A model generated the notes under the pieces. That model saw only the letters and a list, made by a program, of their open reading frames with translations. It was not told the origin of the DNA and did not search any database. From Auanema rhodensis (taxonomy: Eukaryota > Animalia > Nematoda), in contig OZ059894.1 in the NCBI GenBank assembly GCA_964057225.1, positions 1,984,001 through 2,048,000 of the forward strand: a DNA stretch of 64,000 nucleotides, written 5' to 3'. The translations under genes were made by a program, and so were the position numbers. Shown piece after piece: positions 39,313-52,650 of this stretch. Every line of letters starts with the position of its first letter. Position 1 is the stretch's first letter.

Positions 39313-42300
39313 TGCACTATACTACATTGAGGAACGCTTAATACAAAAATTAGTTATGATCGTTTGAAAAATGATGCATTAGTGTATGTTGAGTTTCCAT
39401 GTACACTCAACATAGCTTCCAAAAACATTTTGACAAAAATTTTTTCGAAAATTTTCAAAATAATTTAGCAGAAAGTAGATGTTTTTAGATTCCTTTTTTT
39501 AAGGCAAAGACGATGGACATTGTTATTCAACGAAAAAATTAATTCTTCAGGGTGAAAATCGAGGATATAAGTGTGAACTTATATCAGTTGATATCTCGGT
39601 GCATTTTTAAGCTAGCGCAAATCTGATAACACAGATCGACGCAGCTTGAAAATCCGCATCGAATGCACTATACTACATTGAGGAACGCTTAATACAAAAA
39701 TTAGTTATGATCGTTTGAAATATGATGCATTAGTGTATGTTGAGTTTCCATGTACACTCAACATAGCTTCCAAAAACATTTTGACAAAAATTTTTTCGAA
39801 AAATTTCAAAATAATTTAGCAGAAAGTAGATGTTTTTAGATTCCTTTTTTTAAGGCAAAGACGATGGACAATGTTATTCAACGAAAAAATTAATTCTTCA
39901 GGGTGAAAATCGAGGATATAAGTGTGAACTTATATCAGTTGATATCTCGGTGCATTTTTAAGCTAGCGCAAATTTGATAACACAGATCGACGCAGCTTGA
40001 AAATCCGCATCGAATGCACTATACTACATTGAGGAACGCTTAATACAAAAATTAGTTATGATCGTTTGAAAAATGATGCATTAGTGTATGTTGAGTTTCC
40101 ATGTACACTCAACATAGCTTCCAAAAACATTTTGACAAAAATTTTTTCGAAAAATTTCAAAATAATTTAGCAGAAAGTAGATGTTTTTAGATTCCTTTTT
40201 TTAAGGCAAAGACGATGGACAATGTTATTCAACGAAAAAATTAATTCTTCAGGGTGAAAATCGAGGATATAAGTGTGAACTTATATCAGTTGATATCTCG
40301 GTGCATTTTTAAGCTAGCGCAAATCTGATAACACAGATCGACGCAGCTTGAAAATCCGCATCGAATGCACTATACTACTTTGAGAAACGCTTAATACAAA
40401 AATTAGTTATGATCGTTTGAAAAATGATGCATTAGTGTATGTTGAGTTTCCATGTACACTCAACATAGCTTCCAAAAACATTTTGACAAAACTTTTTTTG
40501 AAAAATTTCAAAATAATTTAGCAGAAAGTAGATGTTTTTAGATTCCTTTTTTTAAGGCAAAGACGACGGACAATGTTATTCAACGAAAAAATTAATTCTT
40601 CAGGGTGAAAATCGAGGATATAAGTGTGAACTTATATCAGTTGATATCTCGGTGCATTTTTAAGCTAGCGCAAATCTGATAACACAGATCGACGCAGCTT
40701 GAAAATCCGCATCGAATGCACTATACTACATTGAGGAACGCTTAATACAAAAATTAGTTATGATCGTTTGAAATATGATGCATTAGTGTATGTTGAGTTT
40801 CCATGTACACTCAACATAGCTTCCAAAAACATTTTGACAAAAATTTTTTCGAAAAATTTCAAAATAATTTAGCAGAAAGTAGATGTTTTTAGATTCCTTT
40901 TTTTAAGGCAAAGACGATGGACAATGTTATTCAACGAAAAAATTAATTCTTCAGGGTGAAAATCGAGGATATAAGTGTGAACTTATATCAGTTGATATCT
41001 CGGTGCATTTTTAAGCTAGCGCAAATTTGATAACACAGATCGACGCAGCTTGAAAATCCGCATCGAATGCACTATACTACATTGAGGAACGCTTAATACA
41101 AAAATTAGTTATGATCGTTTGAAAAATGATGCATTAGTGTATGTTGAGTTTCCATGTACACTCAACATAGCTTCCAAAAACATTTTGACAAAAATTTTTT
41201 CGAAAAATTTCAAAATAATTTAGCAGAAAGTAGATGTTTTTAGATTCCTTTTTTTAAGGCAAAGACGATGGACAATGTTATTCAACGAAAAAATTAATTC
41301 TTCAGGGTGAAAATCGAGGATATAAGTGTGAACTTATATCAGTTGATATCTCGGTGCATTTTTAAGCTAGCGCAAATCTGATAACACAGATCGACGCAGC
41401 TTGAAAATCCGCATCGAATGCACTATACTACTTTGAGAAACGCTTAATACAAAAATTAGTTATGATCGTTTGAAAAATGATGCATTAGTGTATGTTGAGT
41501 TTCCATGTACACTCAACATAGCTTCCAAAAACATTTTGACAAAAATTTTTTCGAAAAATTTCAAAATAATTTAGCAGAAAGTAGATGTTTTTAGATTCCT
41601 TTTTTTAAGGCAAAGACGACGGACAATGTTATTCAACGAAAAAATTAATTCTTCAGGGTGAAAATCGAGGATATAAGTGTGAACTTATATCAGTTGATAT
41701 CTCGGTGCATTTTTAAGCTAGCGCAAATCTGATAACACAGATCGACGCAGCTTGAAAATCCGCATCGAATGCACTATACTACATTGAGGAACGCTTAATA
41801 CAAAAATTAGTTATGATCGTTTGAAATATGATGCATTAGTGTATGTTGAGTTTCCATGTACACTCAACATAGCTTCCAAAAACATTTTGACAAAAATTTT
41901 TTCGAAAAATTTCAAAATAATTTAGCAGAAAGTAGATGTTTTTAGATTCCTTTTTTTAAGGCAAAGACGATGGACAATGTTATTCAACGAAAAAATTAAT
42001 TCTTCAGGGTGAAAATCGAGGATATAAGTGTGAACTTATATCAGTTGATATCTCGGTGCATTTTTAAGCTAGCGCAAATTTGATAACACAGATCGACGCA
42101 GCTTGAAAATCCGCATCGAATGCACTATACTACATTGAGGAACGCTTAATACAAAAATTAGTTATGATCGTTTGAAAAATGATGCATTAGTGTATGTTGA
42201 GTTTCCATGTACACTCAACATAGCTTCCAAAAACATTTTGACAAAAATTTTTTCGAAAAATTTCAAAATAATTTAGCAGAAAGTAGATGTTTTTAGATTC

Positions 42301-45300
42301 CTTTTTTTAAGGCAAAGACGATGGACAATGTTATTCAACGAAAAAATTAATTCTTCAGGGTGAAAATCGAGGATATAAGTGTGAACTTATATCAGTTGAT
42401 ATCTCGGTGCATTTTTAAGCTAGCGCAAATCTGATAACACAGATCGACGCAGCTTGAAAATCCGCATCGAATGCACTATACTACTTTGAGAAACGCTTAA
42501 TACAAAAATTAGTTATGATCGTTTGAAAAATGATGCATTAGTGTATGTTGAGTTTCCATGTACACTCAACATAGCTTCCAAAAACATTTTGACAAAATTT
42601 TTTTCAAAAAATTTCAAAATAATTTAGCAGAAAGTAGATGTTTTTAGATTCCTTTTTTTAAGGCAAAGACGACGGACAATGTTATTCAACGAAAAAATTA
42701 ATTCTTCAGGGTGAAAATCGAGGATATAAGTGTGAACTTATATCAGTTGATATCTCGGTGCATTTTTAAGCTAGCGCAAATCTGATAAAACAGATCGACG
42801 CAGCTTGAAAATCCGCATCGAATGCACTATACTACATTGAGGAACGCTTAATACAAAAATTAGTTATGATCGTTTGAAAAATGATGCATTAGTGTATGTT
42901 GAGTTTCCATGTACACTCAACATAGCTTCCAAAAACATTTTGACAAAAATTTTTTCGAAAAATTTCAAAATAATTTAGCAGAAAGTAGATGTTTTTAGAT
43001 TCCTTTTTTTAAGGCAAAGACGATGGACAATGTTATTCAACGAAAAAATTAATTCTTCAGGGTGAAAATCGAGAATATAAGTGTGAACTTATATCAGTTG
43101 ATATCTCGGTGCATTTTTAAGCTAGCGCAAATCTGATAACACAGATCGACGCAGCTTGAAAATCCGCATCGAATGCACTATACTACATTGAGGAACGCTT
43201 AATACAAAAATTAGTTATGATCGTTTGAAAAATGATGCATTAGTGTATGTTGAGTTTCCATGTACACTCAACATAGCTTCCAAAAACATTTTGACAAAAA
43301 TTTTTTCGAAAAATTTCAAAATAATTTAGCAGAAAGTAGATGTTTTTAGATTCCTTTTTTTAAGGCAAAGACGATGGACAATGTTATTCAACGAAAAAAT
43401 TAATTCTTCAGGGTGAAAATCGAGAATATAAGTGTGAACTTATATCAGTTGATATCTCGGTGCATTTTTAAGCTAGCGCAAATCTGATAACACAGATCGA
43501 CGCAGCTTGAAAATCCGCATCGAATGCACTATACTACATTGAGGAACGCTTAATACAAAAATTAGTTATGATCGTTTGAAAAATGATGCATTAGTGTATG
43601 TTGAGTTTCCATGTACACTCAACATAGCTTCCAAAAACATTTTGACAAAATTTTTTTCGAAAAATTTCAAAATAATTTAGCAGAAAGTAGATGTTTTTAG
43701 ATTCCTTTTTTTAAGGCAAAGACGACGGACAATGTTATTCAACGAAAAAATTAATTCTTCAGGGTGAAAATCGAGGATATAAGTGTGAACTTATATCAGT
43801 TGATATCTCGGTGCATTTTTAAGCTAGCGCAAATCTGATAACACAGATCGACGCAGCTTGAAAATCCGCATCGAATGCACTATACTACTTTGAGAAACGC
43901 TTAATACAAAAATTAGTTATGATCGTTTGAAAAATGATGCATTAGTGTATGTTGAGTTTCCATGTACACTCAACATAGCTTCCAAAAACATTTTGACAAA
44001 AATTTTTTCGAAAAATTTCAAAATAATTTAGCAGAAAGTAGATGTTTTTAGATTCCTTTTTTTAAGGCAAAGACGACGGACAATGTTATTCAACGAAAAA
44101 ATTAATTCTTCAGGGTGAAAATCGAGGATATAAGTGTGAACTTATATCAGTTGATATCTCGGTGCATTTTTAAGCTAGCGCAAATCTGATAACACAGATC
44201 GACGCAGCTTGAAAATCCGCATCGAATGCACTATACTACATTGAGGAACGCTTAATACAAAAATTAGTTATGATCGTTTGAAAAATGATGCATTAGTGTA
44301 TGTTGAGTTTCCATGTACACTCAACATAGCTTCCAAAAACATTTTGACAAAAATTTTTTCGAAAATTTTCAAAATAATTTAGCAGAAAGTAGATGTTTTT
44401 AGATTCCTTTTTTTAAGGCAAAGACGATGGACATTGTTATTCAACGAAAAAATTAATTCTTCAGGGTGAAAATCGAGGATATAAGTGTGAACTTATATCA
44501 GTTGATATCTCGGTGCATTTTTAAGCTAGCGCAAATCTGATAACACAGATCGACGCAGCTTGAAAATCCGCATCGAATGCACTATACTACATTGAGGAAC
44601 GCTTAATACAAAAATTAGTTATGATCGTTTGAAAAATGATGCATTAGTGTATGTTGAGTTTCCATGTACACTCAACATAGCTTCCAAAAACATTTTGACA
44701 AAAATTTTTTCGAAAATTTTTAAAATAATTTAGCAGAAAGTAGATGTTTTTAGATTCCTTTTTTTAAGGCAAAGACGATGGACATTGTTATTCAACGAAA
44801 AAATTAATTCTTCAGGGTGAAAATCGAGGATATAAGTGTGAACTTATATCAGTTGATATCTCGGTGCATTTTTAAGCTAGCGCAAATCTGATAACACAGA
44901 TCGACGCAGCTTGAAAATCCGCATCGAATGCACTATACTACATTGAGGAACGCTTAATACAAAAATTAGTTATGATCGTTTGAAAAATGATGCATTAGTG
45001 TATGTTGAGTTTCCATGTACACTCAACATAGCTTCCAAAAACATTTTGACAAAAATTTTTTCGAAAAATTTCAAAATAATTTAGCAGAAAGTAGATGTTT
45101 TTAGATTCCTTTTTTTAAGGCAAAGACGATGGACAATGTTATTCAACGAAAAAATTAATTCTTCAGGGTGAAAATCGAGAATATAAGTGTGAACTTATAT
45201 CAGTTGATATCTCGGTGCATTTTTAAGCTAGCGCAAATCTGATAACACAGATCGACGCAGCTTGAAAATCCGCATCGAATGCACTATACTACATTGAGGA

Positions 45301-48300
45301 ACGCTTAATACAAAAATTAGTTATGATCGTTTGAAAAATGATGCATTAGTGTATGTTGAGTTTCCATGTACACTCAACATAGCTTCCAAAAACATTTTGA
45401 CAAAAATTTTTTCGAAAATTTTCAAAATAATTTAGCAGAAAGTAGATGTTTTTAGATTCCTTTTTTTAAGGCAAAGACGATGGACATTGTTATTCAACGA
45501 AAAAATTAATTCTTCAGGGTGAAAATCGAGGATATAAGTGTGAACTTATATCAGTTGATATCTCGGTGCATTTTTAAGCTAGCGCAAATCTGATAACACA
45601 GATCGACGCAGCTTGAAAATCCGCATCGAATGCACTATACTACATTGAGGAACGCTTAATACAAAAATTAGTTATGATCGTTTGAAATATGATGCATTAG
45701 TGTATGTTGAGTTTCCATGTACACTCAACATAGCTTCCAAAAACATTTTGACAAAAATTTTTTCGAAAAATTTCAAAATAATTTAGCAGAAAGTAGATGT
45801 TTTTAGATTCCTTTTTTTAAGGCAAAGACGATGGACAATGTTATTCAACGAAAAAATTAATTCTTCAGGGTGAAAATCGAGGATATAAGTGTGAACTTAT
45901 ATCAGTTGATATCTCGGTGCATTTTTAAGCTAGCGCAAATTTGATAACACAGATCGACGCAGCTTGAAAATCCGCATCGAATGCACTATACTACATTGAG
46001 GAACGCTTAATACAAAAATTAGTTATGATCGTTTGAAAAATGATGCATTAGTGTATGTTGAGTTTCCATGTACACTCAACATAGCTTCCAAAAACATTTT
46101 GACAAAAATTTTTTCGAAAAATTTCAAAATAATTTAGCAGAAAGTAGATGTTTTTAGATTCCTTTTTTTAAGGCAAAGACGATGGACAATGTTATTCAAC
46201 GAAAAAATTAATTCTTCAGGGTGAAAATCGAGGATATAAGTGTGAACTTATATCAGTTGATATCTCGGTGCATTTTTAAGCTAGCGCAAATCTGATAACA
46301 CAGATCGACGCAGCTTGAAAATCCGCATCGAATGCACTATACTACTTTGAGAAACGCTTAATACAAAAATTAGTTATGATCGTTTGAAAAATGATGCATT
46401 AGTGTATGTTGAGTTTCCATGTACACTCAACATAGCTTCCAAAAACATTTTGACAAAAATTTTTTCGAAAAATTTCAAAATAATTTAGCAGAAAGTAGAT
46501 GTTTTTAGATTCCTTTTTTTAAGGCAAAGACGACGGACAATGTTATTCAACGAAAAAATTAATTCTTCAGGGTGAAAATCGAGGATATAAGTGTGAACTT
46601 ATATCAGTTGATATCTCGGTGCATTTTTAAGCTAGCGCAAATCTGATAACACAGATCGACGCAGCTTGAAAATCCGCATCGAATGCACTATACTACATTG
46701 AGGAACGCTTAATACAAAAATTAGTTATGATCGTTTGAAATATGATGCATTAGTGTATGTTGAGTTTCCATGTACACTCAACATAGCTTCCAAAAACATT
46801 TTGACAAAAATTTTTTCGAAAAATTTCAAAATAATTTAGCAGAAAGTAGATGTTTTTAGATTCCTTTTTTTAAGGCAAAGACGATGGACAATGTTATTCA
46901 ACGAAAAAATTAATTCTTCAGGGTGAAAATCGAGGATATAAGTGTGAACTTATATCAGTTGATATCTCGGTGCATTTTTAAGCTAGCGCAAATTTGATAA
47001 CACAGATCGACGCAGCTTGAAAATCCGCATCGAATGCACTATACTACATTGAGGAACGCTTAATACAAAAATTAGTTATGATCGTTTGAAAAATGATGCA
47101 TTAGTGTATGTTGAGTTTCCATGTACACTCAACATAGCTTCCAAAAACATTTTGACAAAAATTTTTTCGAAAAATTTCAAAATAATTTAGCAGAAAGTAG
47201 ATGTTTTTAGATTCCTTTTTTTAAGGCAAAGACGATGGACAATGTTATTCAACGAAAAAATTAATTCTTCAGGGTGAAAATCGAGGATATAAGTGTGAAC
47301 TTATATCAGTTGATATCTCGGTGCATTTTTAAGCTAGCGCAAATCTGATAACACAGATCGACGCAGCTTGAAAATCCGCATCGAATGCACTATACTACTT
47401 TGAGAAACGCTTAATACAAAAATTAGTTATGATCGTTTGAAAAATGATGCATTAGTGTATGTTGAGTTTCCATGTACACTCAACATAGCTTCCAAAAACA
47501 TTTTGACAAAAATTTTTTCGAAAAATTTCAAAATAATTTAGCAGAAAGTAGATGTTTTTAGATTCCTTTTTTTAAGGCAAAGACGACGGACAATGTTATT
47601 CAACGAAAAAATTAATTCTTCAGGGTGAAAATCGAGGATATAAGTGTGAACTTATATCAGTTGATATCTCGGTGCATTTTTAAGCTAGCGCAAATCTGAT
47701 AACACAGATCGACGCAGCTTGAAAATCCGCATCGAATGCACTATACTACATTGAGGAACGCTTAATACAAAAATTAGTTATGATCGTTTGAAATATGATG
47801 CATTAGTGTATGTTGAGTTTCCATGTACACTCAACATAGCTTCCAAAAACATTTTGACAAAAATTTTTTCGAAAAATTTCAAAATAATTTAGCAGAAAGT
47901 AGATGTTTTTAGATTCCTTTTTTTAAGGCAAAGACGATGGACAATGTTATTCAACGAAAAAATTAATTCTTCAGGGTGAAAATCGAGGATATAAGTGTGA
48001 ACTTATATCAGTTGATATCTCGGTGCATTTTTAAGCTAGCGCAAATTTGATAACACAGATCGACGCAGCTTGAAAATCCGCATCGAATGCACTATACTAC
48101 ATTGAGGAACGCTTAATACAAAAATTAGTTATGATCGTTTGAAAAATGATGCATTAGTGTATGTTGAGTTTCCATGTACACTCAACATAGCTTCCAAAAA
48201 CATTTTGACAAAAATTTTTTCGAAAAATTTCAAAATAATTTAGCAGAAAGTAGATGTTTTTAGATTCCTTTTTTTAAGGCAAAGACGATGGACAATGTTA

Positions 48301-48789
48301 TTCAACGAAAAAATTAATTCTTCAGGGTGAAAATCGAGGATATAAGTGTGAACTTATATCAGTTGATATCTCGGTGCATTTTTAAGCTAGCGCAAATCTG
48401 ATAACACAGATCGACGCAGCTTGAAAATCCGCATCGAATGCACTATACTACTTTGAGAAACGCTTAATACAAAAATTAGTTATGATCGTTTGAAAAATGA
48501 TGCATTAGTGTATGTTGAGTTTCCATGTACACTCAACATAGCTTCCAAAAACATTTTGACAAAATTTTTTTCAAAAAATTTCAAAATAATTTAGCAGAAA
48601 GTAGATGTTTTTAGATTCCTTTTTTTAAGGCAAAGACGACGGACAATGTTATTCAACGAAAAAATTAATTCTTCAGGGTGAAAATCGAGGATATAAGTGT
48701 GAACTTATATCAGTTGATATCTCGGTGCATTTTTAAGCTAGCGCAAATCTGATAACACAGATCGACGCAGCTTGAAAATCCGCATCGAA
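39313..48789 (+). repeat. 10-monomer block (copies 113-122, 39313-42822) duplicated at a 17-monomer (5967-bp) offset (copies 130-139, 45280-48789); each block contains three trimers marked by 58T/311T
   Basis: Both blocks read (140T,208T), then 3 x [(58T,311T), consensus, (14T,20A,202C)], with the last monomer also carrying 127T/135A. Confidence 0.78.
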
Positions 48790-49140
48790 TGCACTATACT
48801 ACATTGAGGAACGCTTAATACAAAAATTAGTTATGATCGTTTGAAAAATGATGCATTAGTGTATGTTGAGTTTCCATGTACACTCAACATAGCTTCCAAA
48901 AACATTTTGACAAAAATTTTTTCGAAAAATTTCAAAATAATTTAGCAGAAAGTAGATGTTTTTAGATTCCTTTTTTTAAGGCAAAGACGACGGACAATGT
49001 TATTCAACGAAAAAATTAATTCTTCAGGGTGAAAATCGAGGATATAAGTGTGAACTTATATCAGTTGATATCTCGGTGCATTTTTAAGCTAGCGCAAATC
49101 TGATAACACAGATCGACGCAGCTTGAAAATCCGCATCGAA

Positions 49141-52100
49141 TGCACTATACTACATTGAGGAACGCTTAATACAAAAATTAGTTATGATCGTTTGAAAAAT
49201 GATGCATTAGTGTATGTTGAGTTTCCATGTACACTCAACATAGCTTCCAAAAACATTTTGACAAAAATTTTTTCGAAAAATTTCAAAATAATTTAGCAGA
49301 AAGTAGATGTTTTTAGATTCCTTTTTTTAAGGCAAAGACGATGGACAATGTTATTCAACGAAAAATTTAATTCTTCAGGGTGAAAATCGAGAATATAAGT
49401 GTGAACTTATATCAGTTGATATCTCGGTGCATTTTTAAGCTAGCGCAAATCTGATAACACAGATCGACGCAGCTTGAAAATCCGCATCGAATGCACTATA
49501 CTACATTGAGGAACGCTTAATACAAAAATTAGTTATGATCGTTTGAAAAATGATGCATTAGTGTATGTTGAGTTTCCATGTACACTCAACATAGCTTCCA
49601 AAAACATTTTGACAAAAATTTTTTCGAAAAATTTCAAAATAATTTAGCAGAAAGTAGATGTTTTTAGATTCCTTTTTTTAAGGCAAAGACGATGGACAAT
49701 GTTATTCAACGAAAAAATTAATTCTTCAGGGTGAAAATCGAGAATATAAGTGTGAACTTATATCAGTTGATATCTCGGTGCATTTTTAAGCTAGCGCAAA
49801 TCTGATAACACAGATCGACGCAGCTTGAAAATCCGCATCGAATGCACTATACTACATTGAGGAACGCTTAATACAAAAATTAGTTATGATCGTTTGAAAA
49901 ATGATGCATTAGTGTATGTTGAGTTTCCATGTACACTCAACATAGCTTCCAAAAACATTTTGACAAAATTTTTTTCGAAAAATTTCAAAATAATTTAGCA
50001 GAAAGTAGATGTTTTTAGATTCCTTTTTTTAAGGCAAAGACGACGGACAATGTTATTCAACGAAAAAATTAATTCTTCAGGGTGAAAATCGAGGATATAA
50101 GTGTGAACTTATATCAGTTGATATCTCGGTGCATTTTTAAGCTAGCGCAAATCTGATAACACAGATCGACGCAGCTTGAAAATCCGCATCGAATGCACTA
50201 TACTACTTTGAGAAACGCTTAATACAAAAATTAGTTATGATCGTTTGAAAAATGATGCATTAGTGTATGTTGAGTTTCCATGTACACTCAACATAGCTTC
50301 CAAAAACATTTTGACAAAAATTTTTTCGAAAAATTTCAAAATAATTTAGCAGAAAGTAGATGTTTTTAGATTCCTTTTTTTAAGGCAAAGACGACGGACA
50401 ATGTTATTCAACGAAAAAATTAATTCTTCAGGGTGAAAATCGAGGATATAAGTGTGAACTTATATCAGTTGATATCTCGGTGCATTTTTAAGCTAGCGCA
50501 AATCTGATAACACAGATCGACGCAGCTTGAAAATCCGCATCGAATGCACTATACTACATTGAGGAACGCTTAATACAAAAATTAGTTATGATCGTTTGAA
50601 ATATGATGCATTAGTGTATGTTGAGTTTCCATGTACACTCAACATAGCTTCCAAAAACATTTTGACAAAATTTTTTTCAAAAAATTTCAAAATAATTTAG
50701 CAGAAAGTAGATGTTTTTAGATTCCTTTTTTTAAGGCAAAGACGACGGACAATGTTATTCAACGAAAAAATTAATTCTTCAGGGTGAAAATCGAGGATAT
50801 AAGTGTGAACTTATATCAGTTGATATCTCGGTGCATTTTTAAGCTAGCGCAAATCTGATAACACAGATCGACGCAGCTTGAAAATCCGCATCGAATGCAC
50901 TATACTACATTGAGGAACGCTTAATACAAAAATTAGTTATGATCGTTTGAAAAATGATGCATTAGTGTATGTTGAGTTTCCATGTACACTCAACATAGCT
51001 TCCAAAAACATTTTGACAAAAATTTTTTCGAAAAATTTCAAAATAATTTAGCAGAAAGTAGATGTTTTTAGATTCCTTTTTTTAAGGCAAAGACGATGGA
51101 CAATGTTATTCAACGAAAAATTTAATTCTTCAGGGTGAAAATCGAGAATATAAGTGTGAACTTATATCAGTTGATATCTCGGTGCATTTTTAAGCTAGCG
51201 CAAATCTGATAACACAGATCGACGCAGCTTGAAAATCCGCATCGAATGCACTATACTACATTGAGGAACGCTTAATACAAAAATTAGTTATGATCGTTTG
51301 AAAAATGATGCATTAGTGTATGTTGAGTTTCCATGTACACTCAACATAGCTTCCAAAAACATTTTGACAAAAATTTTTTCGAAAAATTTCAAAATAATTT
51401 AGCAGAAAGTAGATGTTTTTAGATTCCTTTTTTTAAGGCAAAGACGATGGACAATGTTATTCAACGAAAAAATTAATTCTTCAGGGTGAAAATCGAGAAT
51501 ATAAGTGTGAACTTATATCAGTTGATATCTCGGTGCATTTTTAAGCTAGCGCAAATCTGATAACACAGATCGACGCAGCTTGAAAATCCGCATCGAATGC
51601 ACTATACTACATTGAGGAACGCTTAATACAAAAATTAGTTATGATCGTTTGAAAAATGATGCATTAGTGTATGTTGAGTTTCCATGTACACTCAACATAG
51701 CTTCCAAAAACATTTTGACAAAATTTTTTTCGAAAAATTTCAAAATAATTTAGCAGAAAGTAGATGTTTTTAGATTCCTTTTTTTAAGGCAAAGACGACG
51801 GACAATGTTATTCAACGAAAAAATTAATTCTTCAGGGTGAAAATCGAGGATATAAGTGTGAACTTATATCAGTTGATATCTCGGTGCATTTTTAAGCTAG
51901 CGCAAATCTGATAACACAGATCGACGCAGCTTGAAAATCCGCATCGAATGCACTATACTACTTTGAGAAACGCTTAATACAAAAATTAGTTATGATCGTT
52001 TGAAAAATGATGCATTAGTGTATGTTGAGTTTCCATGTACACTCAACATAGCTTCCAAAAACATTTTGACAAAAATTTTTTCGAAAAATTTCAAAATAAT

Positions 52101-52650
52101 TTAGCAGAAAGTAGATGTTTTTAGATTCCTTTTTTTAAGGCAAAGACGACGGACAATGTTATTCAACGAAAAAATTAATTCTTCAGGGTGAAAATCGAGG
52201 ATATAAGTGTGAACTTATATCAGTTGATATCTCGGTGCATTTTTAAGCTAGCGCAAATCTGATAACACAGATCGACGCAGCTTGAAAATCCGCATCGAAT
52301 GCACTATACTACATTGAGGAACGCTTAATACAAAAATTAGTTATGATCGTTTGAAATATGATGCATTAGTGTATGTTGAGTTTCCATGTACACTCAACAT
52401 AGCTTCCAAAAACATTTTGACAAAAATTTTTTCGAAAAATTTCAAAATAATTTAGCAGAAAGTAGATGTTTTTAGATTCCTTTTTTTAAGGCAAAGACGA
52501 TGGACAATGTTATTCAACGAAAAAATTAATTCTTCAGGGTGAAAATCGAGGATATAAGTGTGAACTTATATCAGTTGATATCTCGGTGCATTTTTAAGCT
52601 AGCGCAAATTTGATAACACAGATCGACGCAGCTTGAAAATCCGCATCGAA
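49141..52650 (+). repeat. 5-monomer (1755-bp) tandem duplication: copies 141-145 approximately equal copies 146-150
   Basis: The rare 226T+252A monomer (GAAAAATTTAATT...GAGAATAT) starts at 49141 and 50896. Both are followed by 252A, (127T,202C), (14T,20A,202C) and a 58T monomer. Confidence 0.8.
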
